Positions 61,603 through 64,000 of a DNA stretch of 64,000 nt are shown piece by piece (within the stretch, counting starts at the first letter, position 1; every line of letters starts with the position of its first letter). This stretch comes from Phaeosaccion multiseriatum. Taxonomy: Eukaryota > Protista > Ochrophyta, other classes. The translations under genes and the position numbers were made by a program. Location of the stretch: assembly GCA_965112735.1 (NCBI GenBank), contig OZ218955.1:2232001-2296000 (forward strand). The letters are read 5' to 3'. The notes beneath the pieces were generated by a model. That model made no database searches, was not told where the DNA came from, and was given only the letters and a program-made list of their open reading frames with translations.

Positions 61603-64000
61603 GAGGGAGGGAGATGAGACGAAATTCTGTAACGATTTTCATACTGCACCCTGGAACTGAAACTCGCATGGGTTGCCCATAGGGCACTTCCACAATCGCT
61701 GCTCTGCCCCAGCTTCCAAAGCTCGTAACTTTTGGCCAGAAAGGTGTACGAAGGTGTGTGATAGGTCAGAATCTGCGCAAGGATGCCCTCTACAAGAAGA
61801 GCTGTCGTCCGGTTCGCAGCACTGCCGAGAAACGAAGGGCGAGGGAGAAAAGGGGGGTTGGGAGAAATATTGAAAACACTAAAAGATATATTTATGTCAA
61901 TTAAAAGCACTAAAAGTAAAATTTCTGTAAGATTTATGTCAATTATATCATGACAGCAGTGTCTGGAGCGGCCGGGGGCGGGCTAGAGAGGACAGCAGGG
62001 GTGGTGGGAGGTGTTGGGGGTGCCGAAGGCTCTACAATGGGCGTCACAGGCTGCTCCGCGGGTGCTTCGCGGGACGCAAGGCGCGCCAACAGGAGCTGCA
62101 CCAGCCCCTGCTTGAGGGTCCCTTTCGAGTACGTAATCCCTTCCCGTGCGCAGCAAGACTCCAACGTAGGCCGGTTCATCGCGACTACACTGGCCCGAGT
62201 GAGAAGCGGGCCCTTGTCTCCCACTATAGACTGGTACAGGTGCACAAGCTTTGGCTCCCCCCCAAACAGGTCGCCTTGCCCATTCTTCGCGGCGAAGCAG
62301 TGCTTGTACTCGCCCTTGCTGCAGGGGGTGCAGCTACAGCTCATCGTGCGAACATGAAGTGGGTACGCAACATCATAGTCCTGGCCTTGATGGAACGCTC
62401 CAATCGTGGCCTCCGAAACGAAGCCACCCTTCTCCACATCGCCCTCGTAGTGGTATATACTCTGGGTGCCCTGGATGCCCTTGATGTTCACGTCCTCCCG
62501 CTGAATGCTGCCGGCGGCAATAAACCTCACACGGGTCATCCGGGCTGTGAAAGGTGTCCAGCCCTTTCCAAAGTAGTCTTCGTCCGACATTGGCTGGGCG
62601 GTGGTGTCAAACATCTCAGTCACGAAGGCGGCAAAGTCCTTCGCCGAGTTCATCACCCTCTCCCCCATGTCCGTCCTCCTCGATGCCATGGCCTTGATGG
62701 TACCCCCAAGCCCATCGTGGGGCCCCTTACCATGCGAGGTGGTGTGGAACATGTGCGTCATCTTCACCCCCCACAACTTGAGACAGGAGGCAACGAAGGC
62801 GAAGTTCTTTGCGCCCTTGTACTGCTTGGCGCACCCGTCAGTGACGTTGATCCACTCCTTCAGCTTGAGGCCGTGCTTTTCGAAGTATCCCTTGTACTCC
62901 TGATGCATGAGGCTGCAGCAGTGCTCATGGAAGGCTTGGTCTTGAAGGGAGTCGTCGGAGATGAAAATCTGAGCGTGCACGTCATGGACGGGCTTCTCTC
63001 CCCCCCACATCCTGGGGTTGCAGTGCACGTAGCAAATCATGAGCGTCGCGGACGGACATGTGCCGCAGGTCACAGAGAACGCGCCTGATGAAAGGGAGAG
63101 CAGGAGAGAAACACACGAATACATTAGGAAGGAAAAGGAGGGAGCAGGGGGGGGGAGAGGAGGGAGGAAGGGTGGGGGGAGGACGGGAGGGGAGAGAAGT
63201 GGGCGCCCCTCTTGCTCTGACGTACCGCGGAGCTTATGCTTCTCCGAAAAGTCGGCCGAGCCTGCCGGGCCTGCTCGTTGCAACGCCACCTCCGAGTGCC
63301 CGTCAGCCGAAGGATAGTGTGCAGGGCCTTGACGACTGCCCCTCTTGCTGCTTCGACCGAGGCGGGCGCAAAGCCAATACGTCTTGCCAGAGATCCGTCG
63401 TTCTTCGAAAGCGCCTTCTCCACATCGGCCTCCTTCACACGAGCCACGCGACCGTCCACTGCTGGAAGCTCAACCTCATCTTCCTCCTTCCCCCAAAATC
63501 GCCATCTCGGAGCTTCCTCTTCTTCGCTGGGGGCTCTGATACACCCTTGGGAATGAAATACTTGGACCCCTTCACCAGCGAAGCCCACCGATGCTGTATC
63601 TCGCTCCTCTTTGCCGGCGGCGTCTTGATGTTGGCCTGTTCCATTCGTCCCGCAAGAAGTTTATCCTCCGTCTCCTGGACGTGCTCCTTAGAGCACATGC
63701 TGCGATAGTGTTTCTGCTCCTTCCTGGCTCCACTGGGTGCGACAGTCAGTGTCACGCTTGTCTTCTTGCCGCAGGGCGTTTCTGCATGCTTGAAAGTACA
63801 TCGATCCAGGTACCGGAAGTGGTGAGGACGCTCCGGAGTGGCCATTTCAATTTTCGCTTGGAGGGCGTTTTTACAGCTGAAGATGATCAGTAGGAGAAAG
63901 GTCACAGAGAGCATTCTTAAAGCCCTAAGCACGCTGCATCCAGTGATGTGCTTGCAGTGCGCTATCGACGCTGTCCTCCCTGTTTTCTCATCCAGATTTC
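61603..64000 (-). mobile_element. Sola2-like DNA transposon, partial (other end outside the window); left boundary tentative
   Basis: It carries a transposase-like gene (next feature). An AT-rich duplicated CACTAAAAG..ATTTATGTCAATTA (61876-61945) follows the stop codon. A candidate GAG terminus lies at about 61603. Confidence 0.6.
61943..63845 (-). pseudogene. Sola2-like DDD transposase with a C-terminal SAP/HeH-like motif; the 5' part appears frameshifted or deleted
   Basis: Motifs ADFSEK (about 63240-63255), IFISDD..QD, VTDGCAKQYKGAKNF and FHTTSHGKGPHDGLGGTIK, plus SCSCTPC..C and MNRPTLESCCAREGI..KQGLVQLL. Upstream segments fall in different frames and I found no convincing splice sites to join them. 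Confidence 0.7.

Noticed and set aside
1-64000. Introner-like repeated introns, or a functional gene cluster (two START-fold genes, three CNBD-like domains, cilia-related genes)
   Set aside because: By eye the introns share no extended sequence or TIRs. The genes are interspersed with unrelated housekeeping loci, so co-location is not evidence of a pathway. An all-vs-all intron BLAST would be needed to exclude introners.

Overview
A GC-rich, gene-dense eukaryotic nuclear window with many short GT-AG spliceosomal introns and microsatellite-filled introns. It is probably from a flagellated photosynthetic stramenopile (ochrophyte): three proteins have signal peptides ending in an ASAF-like motif (AHG|FV, VAA|FL, VSA|FP), and SPATA4-like and PTPDC1-like genes are present. 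The organism is an inference. About 23 host genes were reconstructed by manual splicing: a partial membrane-protein gene, ARPC1, an integrase-repeat-like protein, a TPR plus two-MAPR cytochrome b5 protein, a membrane-anchored PhoD, a 2OG-Fe(II) dioxygenase-like orphan, a DDHD phospholipase, a stand-alone VEFS-box (SUZ12-like) protein, NAA35, YqgE/DUF179, MON1, an EF-hand-like/WW protein, eIF3m, Aurora kinase, a SAP-SAP-SURF2 protein, a START protein, SPATA4-like, SulP-STAS-cNMP (Vsb1-like), PTPDC1-like, an SRPBCC protein, C1D, a coiled-coil orphan and a tandem 2x(6TM-CNBD) K+ channel. The window ends in a probably degenerate Sola2-like DNA transposon. No CRISPR array, rRNA or tRNA was recognised, and I could not identify a multi-gene novel system. 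The best leads are the 2OG-Fe(II) dioxygenase-like orphan, the two-repeat K+ channel, several unusual domain architectures, the near-strict alternation of gene strands with tiny bidirectional promoters, and microsatellites whose units match splice signals. Family assignments come from motif recall, not database searches. Exon boundaries and some start codons are manual predictions.
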